Part shown: piece by piece, positions 26,744 through 35,497 of the stretch
Layout: the number at the start of each line of letters is the position of its first letter
How positions within the stretch are numbered: position 1 is the stretch's first letter
Origin: Macrostomum lignano
Taxonomy: Eukaryota
Assembly: GCA_002269645.1 (NCBI GenBank)
Contig: NIVC01003017.1
Coordinates: 1-62,707, forward strand
Length of the DNA stretch: 62,707 nt
Reading direction: 5' to 3'
Notes under the pieces: model-generated
The model's database searches: none
What the model was told of the DNA's origin: nothing
The model's input: only the letters and a program-made list of their open reading frames with translations
Position numbers and translations under genes: made by a program

Positions 26744-27853
26744 TTATTTTTGATAGGTGATAAACTGGCTGATTAAACTATGCAACGTAGAAATGTCGAA
26801 GCGCAACATGCTCATAGATTTTGCTCCACTAAGAACAAAAGAACCAGTATGAAATAACAGGCATTTACAATAACGTAATGTAGAAATTAGAGCAGAGAAC
26901 GACTCGGGCTCATACTCAGCGTAAGACAGTATGCCAGAGGCAGCAAGATTTGCGAGGGACAAAGCATTGCAGAAGTTAAATTTACCATGAGCAGTAATAG
27001 TTTTAATCCGAACACAAATGGCTTGAGGAGGCAGCAGTTGAGCTGGCACTCTCCGATGCAGCATAGCCACGAAGCGACGGGCAGCCCTTTTGGCGTCTGC
27101 GTGGGTCTTGGCACCGCAGATGCTCAGTTGCCCAGTAGGGTAGAGTAGCAGAGTCACTCTGGGACTCCGCATCCGCTTGATGAGCACCCGGGGCCAGACG
27201 GGCCGGTAGATCACATGAGCCATGCTGAGAGCCAGTTCCCGTAGAGGTAGCTGAGCGCCCTGCCACCATCCAGCCTCAGATCTACTCCGCCAACCAGATT
27301 GGTCACTCTTAGGGCTGTAGCTGGTGGGCTCATTTCGATCGTCAACTTCTTCACCAAATCTGCTTCTGCCAACTTTACTGCTCGTGTGCCACGGACACTG
27401 CTCGCTTCTTAAGTTGATGCAGAACTTTGGCTTAAGCCAACTGTAGTGCAGCAACGAATTTCTCACTGCACAGCCAGTATCTGAATCTTCAGTCGAGGGT
27501 GCTCCCAAATCTTCTAGGTTATAAACCTGTCTACCAAGCAGCTCAGTCAGGAAAATAGACTTCCTTTCCCCATTTGTCCAGATCGGACCACTGGCAATCC
27601 TCAGAATGTCTTCCGCCAGTTTCATGTACGGACGGGTTCCATCATTCCACTTAAACTGGTGCAGACTCTTTGATAGCTGTCTGTAGCAAACTCGCATGTC
27701 AGGTGAGACTCTCTCCCATGGATACGGAGGTGCGTACACATGGTGAGCAATGCGGTAGCTTCCCGCTCTGACTTGAACAACTGCCAACTCCTTCACAACA
27801 AATTTTTTGCTTGTGCTGTTGCACGGGAATCCTTGGAAGTCAATGTAGTTCAT
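26744..27853 (-). CDS. 369-aa ORF: N-terminal RNase H-fold/DEDD-like domain of the type seen in Mavericks, plus C-terminal TATA-binding protein (TBP)-like domain
   Basis: N-terminus [28 protein letters not shown]. C-terminal residues ~200-365: [45 protein letters not shown] and [14 protein letters not shown] align to TBP [45 protein letters not shown] and LIFVSGKVVLTGAK. Confidence 0.85.
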   Translation of the reverse strand: [369 protein letters not shown]

Positions 27854-27881
27854 GATGCAGCTTTCCCTCGAAATTTCGGAG

Positions 27882-28573
27882 TCAGTCCACCTTCTTATAT
27901 ACTTTTCTTCCGGGCAGTTTCAGCCAGGCTGTGTTGCTCCCGTACCCCTTGACTAGACTCGCCTGTTCTTTCTCCAGTTCACTCCCTCTGCTGGTTGCCA
28001 TTTTCTTTTTAACTGATTTACCAACAGCAGAAGGCGGAACATTAAGCTTTTTCTGCTGCAGCAAATCGATGAACTCGTTCCACCCAACTGGTTCACGCTC
28101 ACATGACAAATCCCTCACTGCGTGCTGAATCAAGTCCAGTATGTTTGAGGAAGGGATTGAAGTGCCTGTGATTTCCACCTCCCGTTTTCACAAACTCGAA
28201 TCAACTCTGGATTGGTGGACAGGATCGTCCATAGACTGCGAGCCCTGGTTTTGAATTTCTGTGGCACCGACTTGCTGATCTTCTCTTCCCAGGTGTTCAT
28301 CTGGGGTGTCTCTGTTTTCATCAACTTGGCTTCAGTATTTCGTGATCCTTCTTTTCCAGCGTGCTTGCGCTTGGCCAGCAAACTTTGAATTGCACTTTGA
28401 TACATGGCGGTTTTCACATCTTCTGGATAATCCTCGGCATACAAGATATCATCGCATTTCTTCTGAGCCTGCTTCAAGTCAGCGTCAGTGCTAGTCTCAT
28501 TTGGCTTAAAATTCTGCACCAACATCTCATACTCTGTTTTAGGAATCAGAACCATTTCTGAAAATTTGTTCAT
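27882..28573 (-). CDS. Conserved uncharacterised Maverick protein (~230 aa), one frameshift at ~28180
   Basis: EMVLIP..KKCDDIL..K...Y; SVPQKFKTRARSL; after restoring one G: GEVEITGTSIPSSNILDLI..PVGWNEF..L..NVP..VG. This pattern is typical of a recurrent Maverick ORF. Confidence 0.65.
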
Positions 28574-28877
28574 TTTGCTTCTTCTTCTTTACCAGCTTAA
28601 GCAGAATCGGGAGTATTTTAATGAAGCCAGCCTTTAACAAGTCTATCTTTCTTCTCTGCTGAGTAATTTTTCGAATTATCTCTTTTGACTTTGCAAGAAC
28701 AGCTTTTTCATCGATCGAAAACGATAAATTGTTTTGTAAGAGATTATGGCAGGCCTCAACAAGAAAATAACGCACTTCTTTTGGACAATTTTTTATCAAC
28801 AGCCGCTTGAAGCGCACGGTATATTTAGGTGACGCAAGAACCGCAAAAAGACTTGCATGTGAATCAAACACTTCCAT
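28539..28877 (-). CDS. Small basic conserved Maverick protein (112 aa)
   Basis: E.CHNLL.NN..F....K..L...K..IRKI....GFIKILPILL pattern, located next to the ATPase as in other Mavericks. Confidence 0.6.
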   Translation of the reverse strand: MEVFDSHASLFAVLASPKYTVRFKRLLIKNCPKEVRYFLVEACHNLLQNNLSFSIDEKAVLAKSKEIIRKITQQRRKIDLLKAGFIKILPILLKLVKKKKQNEQIFRNGSDS

Positions 28878-28919
28878 AGCGATTAAAACAATAGCCGATA
28901 AAAAACAAGCTTCACTTTC

Positions 28920-29601
28920 TTAAGCAAATACAAGATGGGGTCGCTGGTTGGGCAGAATTCTGGCCCGCACTCGCAGCTCATCGGGAGTTGATGGGTGAAA
29001 GTCTAGGAACAGGTAGGCTCCCCTGTTCTGCGCGGTCACGTGCTTGAACACTGACAGCAGAAAGCCGGGCTTCTCTGTAAAGCACTGCCTGCCCAGTGCT
29101 GCAATCTGCAGCTGGTCTCGGGGGTTTTTCAAGATAGCTAAATACATTACATTCAAGCTCATTGTTCGCGACTCTTTTCCCTTGAAAAATATATTCTGAG
29201 TCAGCATCGCCAAAAAGCACGGCAAGTGATGTGCGATTCCCCGTGAAAAAATTTCGCATTGAAGCAGAATTTGAAGTTTCCTCTTTTAAGTCATCGAAAA
29301 CAACCAGGTCATTGGGCCTAAGTGCTGCCTCGATGTTGGTGGGAAATCCCTGGCGCAGCTGCACACCTAGGCTGCTCAGTTCTGCATGGCCTGCCTGTGA
29401 GATCCCATAGTACCACAGAACTCTGCCAGGCTTCACATCAAACATGACGTCTCTGTACTGGATCAGGTGTTTGACAAAGGTTGTTTTTCCTGCATTGGTG
29501 GGCCCGCAGACAATCATGCAGCTTCCCTGCCTGAGGCGGATATCGTAGCAAACTCGCTTTTCTCCCATGTCTAATGCATAAATATTAGAAATCACGGACA
29601 T
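28920..29601 (-). CDS. A32/FtsK-HerA-type DNA packaging ATPase, one frameshift at ~29240
   Basis: Walker A GPTNAGKT and Walker B LVVFDDL, then (other frame) HHL..LTQNIF..SRTMSLN..KNPRD..QI..LGRQ..YLFLDFHP. Confidence 0.92.
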
Positions 29602-30079
29602 CTTTTTCTTAAGTTGGCTTCAAACCTCTGTAAGATTCTATCATTCAAATGATTTTTTTCATTAGAGTGCAAACTCTTTAAAATACCCTCAAATGACCGA
29701 TTGATCAGCAACTTTTGATAAGCAAAATAGATGCAAAACACTCCGCATTTATTAGAGTTAGCACATTGAAATCTGTTTTTATTGCTTCGGAGATAAAAGC
29801 CAGTTGTTTTAATCTCTCGAAACAAATTATAAACCACAGATAAAATTTCAGGTTCCCAGCCGAGGGAGTTGAACAGCTCAATGCAATTTCCTTGCCCAGC
29901 ATAGCACACCACCCAATGACCAAATGAGCCATTGTGCTGTAGTAGGATAAACACAAACTTGTTTTCAAAGGGAATTGATCGATATTTTCTATGTATTTCT
30001 ATGAATGTAAAGTAATGATGAGGAATTTTCGGCAAGACAAAAATTTTCTGGCGAGATGGAGTAGTTGAATTGCTTCCAT
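29592..30079 (-). CDS. Adenain-like cysteine maturation protease, probable frameshift near the N-terminus
   Basis: GHWV, ELFNSLG (usually FDS) and Q..NSNKCGVFCIYF. The likely ATG at 30079 lies just after the MCP stop at 30085. Confidence 0.85.
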
Positions 30080-30084
30080 GCCAG

Positions 30085-31360
30085 TTAAGAGGAATAGTCC
30101 AGCAAAAGCTCCCGGTGCTTGGTGACCTCAATCAGCGAGTCATACAGGCACAGAGCGATCAGGGACACCGTTTCGTCCAGAGCCTGTCGGAAGCGAATCT
30201 CCAGCCGCAGGTTGCCCTCCTTCTGTCCGTACCACAGAGCCGCTCCCTCGGGTGTGAGATCGAATGCTGGTAGAGCTGGTAGAAGAGCTGGTAGGGAATC
30301 CACGGAACCGAGTTTGTGTGGCTTGCAGATTGACAGCTTTTCAGGTAGTGCAAGTATTCTCTTACAAAGGAATTGTTTTCAGGTGTGAAGGCGCCGTGGC
30401 ACACGGTTTCTCCACCTTTCTTTAGAGCCAATCGGCTAAGGTTGAAGCTCTGGAACTGGAACGGGCTCGCGTGATGATGACCGTTGAATGCACGGTGGCT
30501 CACGAAGGCCAGCATGATGAACTTCGGCAATTTTCCATGAGTGAATCCTTCAATGTTTTTAGATTGAATGCCCTGGGGTAGGATGAAGTTCTGCATTTCA
30601 GTTCGCTCGATGGGATACAGTGCATTTTGGTTTGTCAGCCCCTGCTCGTGGGCCAGGCTGATGTGGGGCACCACTTTGACTCGGCGAAGATGCAAAATGC
30701 AGTGAGAGATTTCCATGCGGTATGCCGCGTTGTTTGCATTCGGGCTTCTGATGGCAAAGGCCCCATCGCTGGGCACCAGTTTGATGTGCAAGTGCAGATT
30801 GTTTAGCAGAAACATTGGGCACTGGAAAACATCGCTGAAGAGCGGCCCCGCATACTCCATCCATCGGGATTCCCTGTGGCTCTCCGTGTGCTCTTCAGCT
30901 GCCGAGTCCGGCTCCAGGAAGCCAGCAGGGTAAAGTTTTAGTTGCTGGGCATCGATGAGCTCATTAGTGCTTTGAAGTACGCATGGTAGGGATAGAGCTG
31001 GTCTCCACCAGACACCACTCGCTGGTTAATGCTCACAATTACATCTGAGAAGGCTGTAGACAGAACAAAGTTTTCTGGGTGCACATCACTGTCTCTGCGC
31101 TCGGTGATGATGCCATCTCCATCTCGAACATCCTCCCTCAGCAAACCCCCATCCAGTCTCACAAGGCGGCAGCGAATATAAAGAAAAGAATTCAGCAGAT
31201 CTGTGTATTCATCGGCAGATTGGTGACAGTCAAATTCAATGGGGGAGTTTGCAGTAATGGAATTTACTGGGTGAATATCAACATAAGTAGCTTTTTCAAT
31301 GCAGGTTTGTAGAACGGGCGTCTTAAATAAATCAAGTCTGGGATTGAATCCGTAAGCCAT
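30085..31360 (-). CDS. Double jelly-roll major capsid protein, split over three ORFs (31360-30938, 30860-30159, 30303-30085)
   Basis: LDLF..P..QT.IE....IHPVNS....PIEF......YTDL; L.SDVF......NNL.L.IKL; ALYPIERTE; LPKFI..AFVS..AFNG...SPF.F; C-terminal GNLRLEIRF..AL..TVS. Confidence 0.9.
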
Positions 31361-31362
31361 GT

Positions 31363-31752
31363 CTATGACAGAGAGTCGAGCACGCGTTTCACAGTTTTCT
31401 TGCTGACTTTTCGCTTTCGCTTTCCTCCGCCTGCTGCATTCTTCTTTGCTTTCGTCTTCCTATTCTTAAGCTTTTTCCTACTAGCCTTGCTTGGATTTCT
31501 TTCATTGCACCTCTTATTGGTGCGATCTCTACCAGTTGCCTTTCGGGTGTACTTCTTCTTCTTCAATCGTTTCGGACTTGCTTCAGTATTTCTTTTGCGC
31601 CTGACATTGCTATGCGTTGAGAATGATGATGTAGCCGCTGGAGGAGGCTGGTATGTCATGATCCCCGGAAAGCTCCCACAGCCATAGAGTGCAGGCTTTT
31701 CGTGTCCTGTCCTCACCCCCGAATATTGCTGGATCAGCTGCTGGTAGTTCAT
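31363..31752 (-). CDS. Arg/Lys-rich putative core (DNA-condensing) protein
   Basis: The likely start MNYQQ at 31752 overlaps the penton stop (ATGA). N-terminal Y..Y.G/LYGCGS glycine motifs and a very basic C-terminus. Lies directly upstream of MCP. Confidence 0.55.
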   Translation of the reverse strand: MNYQQLIQQYSGVRTGHEKPALYGCGSFPGIMTYQPPPAATSSFSTHSNVRRKRNTEASPKRLKKKKYTRKATGRDRTNKRCNERNPSKASRKKLKNRKTKAKKNAAGGGKRKRKVSKKTVKRVLDSLS

Positions 31753-32575
31753 TGAATGCGTTTCTCCCGAATCTGAACTGTGAGCAGAACAGGGCTGAGT
31801 GTCTGGGCAATCAGTGGGCAACCATAGATGTCACGCAGCTGAACTCGAATGCTGTGAAGAAGACTGATTCGTTGAATCGGCAAGAATATTGTTTTCTTAA
31901 ATATTTTTGTTTGATAGTTGCCCCATTCAATGCCGGCTTTCATTCCAACTGTTCTCAACAGGGAGCCCAAGTTGCAATTAGTTGACTCAACGATACTGCA
32001 GTGCACATTGATTAAGCTGGTGCGCGGGCAGCCAATGCAGTGCTCGGACACGCGGCTCCCTGGCTGGATTTTCACAGCCTGGTTTCCAAATCCCAGCCAA
32101 TGCAGAATTTTGCTGGATGGAAGAAACAGCTCTGCTCTCGCAGTGTTGTTGTGCACCACAGTTCGTGAGTTGCGGATTTCGAACTTCATACCGAATTCCC
32201 TGTTGCCACTACGCCCCATCAGGCCGGACTCATCAGCCTCCATCTCAGACTCCCTGTCACTCATTGCATCAAAGAATAGCGAATCAGAGTTGGCCAGCAG
32301 CTCATTCAGGCGCTCCACCAGCTCCTCCACTCTAGCAAAGCGTCCGGGTTGAAGAACCAGGGCCTCATGCTCTCTTCCATCTGAGACAGTGAAGCAGTAA
32401 GGCTCGTCAACATTGAACCATGCAGCAGGCAGATGGATTTCAGCCAGACCTGCCTCATAGCCACATTTCGATCCAAGTAAATAGGTGAAGGCAGGTAAAA
32501 ATTAAAGTCACTAGGAGTACCTTCAGCATGCTCACTGTTAATCAAAATAGTTCGCATTATAATGATAAACTTCAT
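31749..32575 (-). CDS. Single jelly-roll minor capsid (penton) protein, one frameshift at ~32320
   Basis: N-terminal INS....GTPSDF...LPSPIYL; C-terminal INVHCSIV......LLRTV.......F....F.PI......IRVQLRDIYG.PL......LTVQI. Confidence 0.75.
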
Positions 32576-32594
32576 GATGAGGGATGTGCCAAAG

Positions 32595-33665
32595 CTAAAC
32601 CTTTCTTAAGTCTTTTTCATCCACCCAGCCTGTCCAGTCGTAGCCGGCCCACTTCACCAGATAGCGAATCTTTCCCTTCCGCTTCTCCGTTTCCAGGATC
32701 TTCTCAATCACATACAGGCGCTGTGAGTCCGGCACCGCCTGCAGCTCATGCTCATGAAAGAGACCCCGGATCTCCTCACCCTTCATGTCCCTAATCTTGT
32801 ACATGTACGGATAGTGCTTCGGTGCCCTACATACTACAGTGTACACCTCCTCACTCCAGTTGGCCTTGTATCCTTTGCGGAATAGCCTGGGTGCATTGGA
32901 AATTCTCACTGACTGCTTTTCACTGAATTTGGGCTTCTTTGGCTTCTTCACAGTCTCAATGGCTCTTCCATTGTAAAGGTTCATCCAGACCTCAGTCTCA
33001 TTCTCTTTGCATACGCTAGTCGGTGCCATTTTGATGCTTCTGTGGTAAGTGCTGTTGTACGACTTGACCAGCTTTGGCAACACATCAACCCAATGCAAAG
33101 TGCTCTTGTGGGTGAAATATCGCCACATTTTGTTTTTCAAAGTTCTATTCCACCTCTCTATGATGGCTGCTTTTTGCTCACTATTAGTGGGGAATGCCAA
33201 AATTCCCTTGCTTATACAGAACTCCCGAAAATTGGTATTGATGAACTCTTTTCCTTGATCCGTGCGGACTGTGCGTGGCTGGCGCTTTGAGCACCTCAGG
33301 ATACTCTCGAATGCGAACTTGACTTCCGCAGCTGATTTGTTTTTTAGAGGCCTGGCCCAACCAGATTTAGAGAGGACATCTATACATGTGAGAATATACT
33401 TATAGCCGTTATTGTATTTTGCAAATGGTATCATCTCAACCAGGTCAAGTTCCCACTGATCATCAATAGCCCTAACAATGATTGGTGCCATAGGATAGCG
33501 TCTCCTAGCTTGCTTGTGCAGTGTGTACACAGGCTGCTCAGTCAGCCATTGTCCGATGCTCTTTTTAGATTCACGATTATCCTGTGTTTTCTTGAGCTCG
33601 TGCAGAAGCTTTGAGACACCCGAGAAACTGGCAGGCTGAGCAGGGTTGTAGTAGATCTTTTCCAT
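32595..33665 (-). CDS. Retroviral-like (rve) integrase with C-terminal chromodomain-like tail, intact
   Basis: YYNP..PASFSG; QWELDLVEM; CIDVLSK; RTDQGKEF; IIERWNRTLK; KGYKANWSEE; IEKIL......RYLVKWAGY. Confidence 0.95.
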   Translation of the reverse strand: MEKIYYNPAQPASFSGVSKLLHELKKTQDNRESKKSIGQWLTEQPVYTLHKQARRRYPMAPIIVRAIDDQWELDLVEMIPFAKYNNGYKYILTCIDVLSKSGWARPLKNKSAAEVKFAFESILRCSKRQPRTVRTDQGKEFINTNFREFCISKGILAFPTNSEQKAAIIERWNRTLKNKMWRYFTHKSTLHWVDVLPKLVKSYNSTYHRSIKMAPTSVCKENETEVWMNLYNGRAIETVKKPKKPKFSEKQSVRISNAPRLFRKGYKANWSEEVYTVVCRAPKHYPYMYKIRDMKGEEIRGLFHEHELQAVPDSQRLYVIEKILETEKRKGKIRYLVKWAGYDWTGWVDEKDLRKV

Positions 33666-33724
33666 TATCAAAATCAAGCTGAATGAAAGCCTGCAAAACA
33701 AATTTTTTAAAGTTCTTCTTTTCG

Positions 33725-33857
33725 CGGCTTGCTCATTGAGCCACTGTTCAATGCTCTTTCAATTTTTATGCCCACCCTCTTCTCCAACTTGATGCAGCAG
33801 CTTTGAGCAAACTGAAAAACTAGCTGGTTGGCCAGGAGCAAAGTAATTTTTTTCCAT
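33725..33857 (-). pseudogene. Degenerate second copy of the integrase N-terminus
   Basis: MEKNYFAPGQPASFSVCSKLLHQV...SIEQWLNEQ versus MEKIYYNPAQPASFSGVSKLLHEL...SIGQWLTEQ. Confidence 0.7.
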
Positions 33858-34118
33858 TTTCTCAAGAAACAAAAGTCAACAGTCTAATTTTCTCTTAAGC
33901 ACAAGAACAAAGGAAAACAATTTTTTTTATGAAAAGAAGCTTTTATATTTTTCAGCCGATAAGAAACAATAAGTTGCATGATTTTCTCAAATGGAGAGAC
34001 TTAATTAAGTTTTCTGGATAAATGAGCAATGTTAATTATAGAAATTGTTAAATGAGCCAATTTAAGTCTGTCACCAATCATCAAAGTTCTTCAAAGCACT
34101 TCTTATTATTCTTCTTCT

Positions 34119-34861
34119 TCACTCCTCATCCTCATTGAGGCGCAGTCTTATGGCATTCTGCCTGCGCAGCGGATATGGCTGCTTGCGCTTCCTGACGTTC
34201 TCGACCGCAGCTGCTTCAGCCCGGAAGCGATACCAGACTGGGTCCTGCAGCAAATCCGAATCCTGCTTTGGGATAAAGCCAGCTGCAGCACTTGTCACCG
34301 GTAGAGGCGTTGATGTGACCACTTCATCGTCGATGCGCAGAGTGCTTGATTGGACGCCCTCATCCTCAGTCTTCACAAGCCGCACGATGTCGTCCTTGTT
34401 GCTGTTGTCATCATCATCACCGTTGCTCTCGCTCGAAGATCCCGACTCCAGCTCATACACATCAGAAATTTGGCGTGGGGCAGACAGCTGCTCGTCGATC
34501 CATGCAGCCTGCTCCCACAGTTTTCGCCACAGAGCTGGTGCCAAAGCCACAGTGTTTCGCTTCAAAAATTCTTCGCAACAATCTTCTGGAAGCCGTCTTA
34601 GCCAGATGATGCCGTTCTTAACCTCAAAAAACTTATCAAAACCGAGTTTGATGATCCTCTGTTGCCCGCCTAGGGCCGCCTTCACGAGAGTTCGCTTCAG
34701 TCTTTCAACTTCTCCCATTGTCGGATGTTGAGGTTAAATCCGGGAACGCCAGGTTTTAAACTTGCTGTGCTGCCATGTCGATAAAATTTCCGAATCGCAA
34801 TAAACTGTACTCCTTCATACTCTTGTACTTGAAGTTTGTAGCCTTCTCCAATATCGACCAT
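34119..34861 (-). CDS. Tandem PC4/Sub1 (p15 coactivator, ssDNA-binding) domain protein (~247 aa if one missing A at ~34702 is restored)
   Basis: Unlisted 54-aa ORF 34861-34697 (MVDIGEGYKLQVQEYEGVQFIAIRKFYRHGSTASLKPGVPGFNLNIRQWEKLKD) aligns to the PC4 C-terminal domain. ORF 34718-34119 holds a second, more diverged PC4 repeat (IKLGFDKFFEV..IIWLRR..TVALAPALWRKLWEQAAWIDEQL) and an acidic/basic tail. Confidence 0.85.
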
Positions 34862-35497
34862 TATTAATTAGTTATTACGATGTAACGGAGCGAGAATTTC
34901 AATTTTTTTTATTATTTGTGAAAACAAATTTTCTGGTTTATATACAAATATCTCCTATGTAAACACATGCGGCTATGTATTCACATTACCCCTATGGGAC
35001 ACAGGTGCCTATGTACTCTCATTAGGAGTCTAAGGAATTCCCATGGCTTTGCCTGCGGCAGAGTTGAGCTATGCAAACACATAGGCGCCCTTCTGATCCG
35101 GACCCACGGAATTTCCGTGGCTTTCCCTGCGGCAGAGTTGTGTTATCCTCTACTACTCATATAAAAAGCTTTATTCACTAGGCTTTAATTTCTATTCATG
35201 TATTATACACATTGCTTCAAATAGCAAAAAGGCCACTAAAACCATAGACACATGCATTCAAAGCGGCCTTTTAGAATTCTGCCAATATTTGCAAGTGTAA
35301 CGTCCTGTGTTCTTAAGTAGTCCTTGGTGTGCACGTCTTCCGATTGGACAGTGTTCACTGTGTGCTCGCTAGGTTTGACAGTGTCACGAGATAAGGTATC
35401 GGCGACCACTTTCTTGGCTCCCGGGATGTGAATGATGTCGATCACATATTCTGAGATAGTGGCCAACTGGCGCTGCTGCCGATCGGATAGGCGCTCC

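Larger units (their letters stand above)
21800..35157. mobile_element. Maverick/Polinton (adintovirus-like) endogenous DNA virus; left terminus not found
   Basis: pPolB is on +. Facing it on - are integrase, penton, core-like protein, MCP, protease, ATPase and conserved small ORFs, compactly packed and intronless. A candidate right terminus ...TACTACT lies at 35151-35157 (Mavericks often begin with AGT repeats). The left boundary is approximate. Confidence 0.92.
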
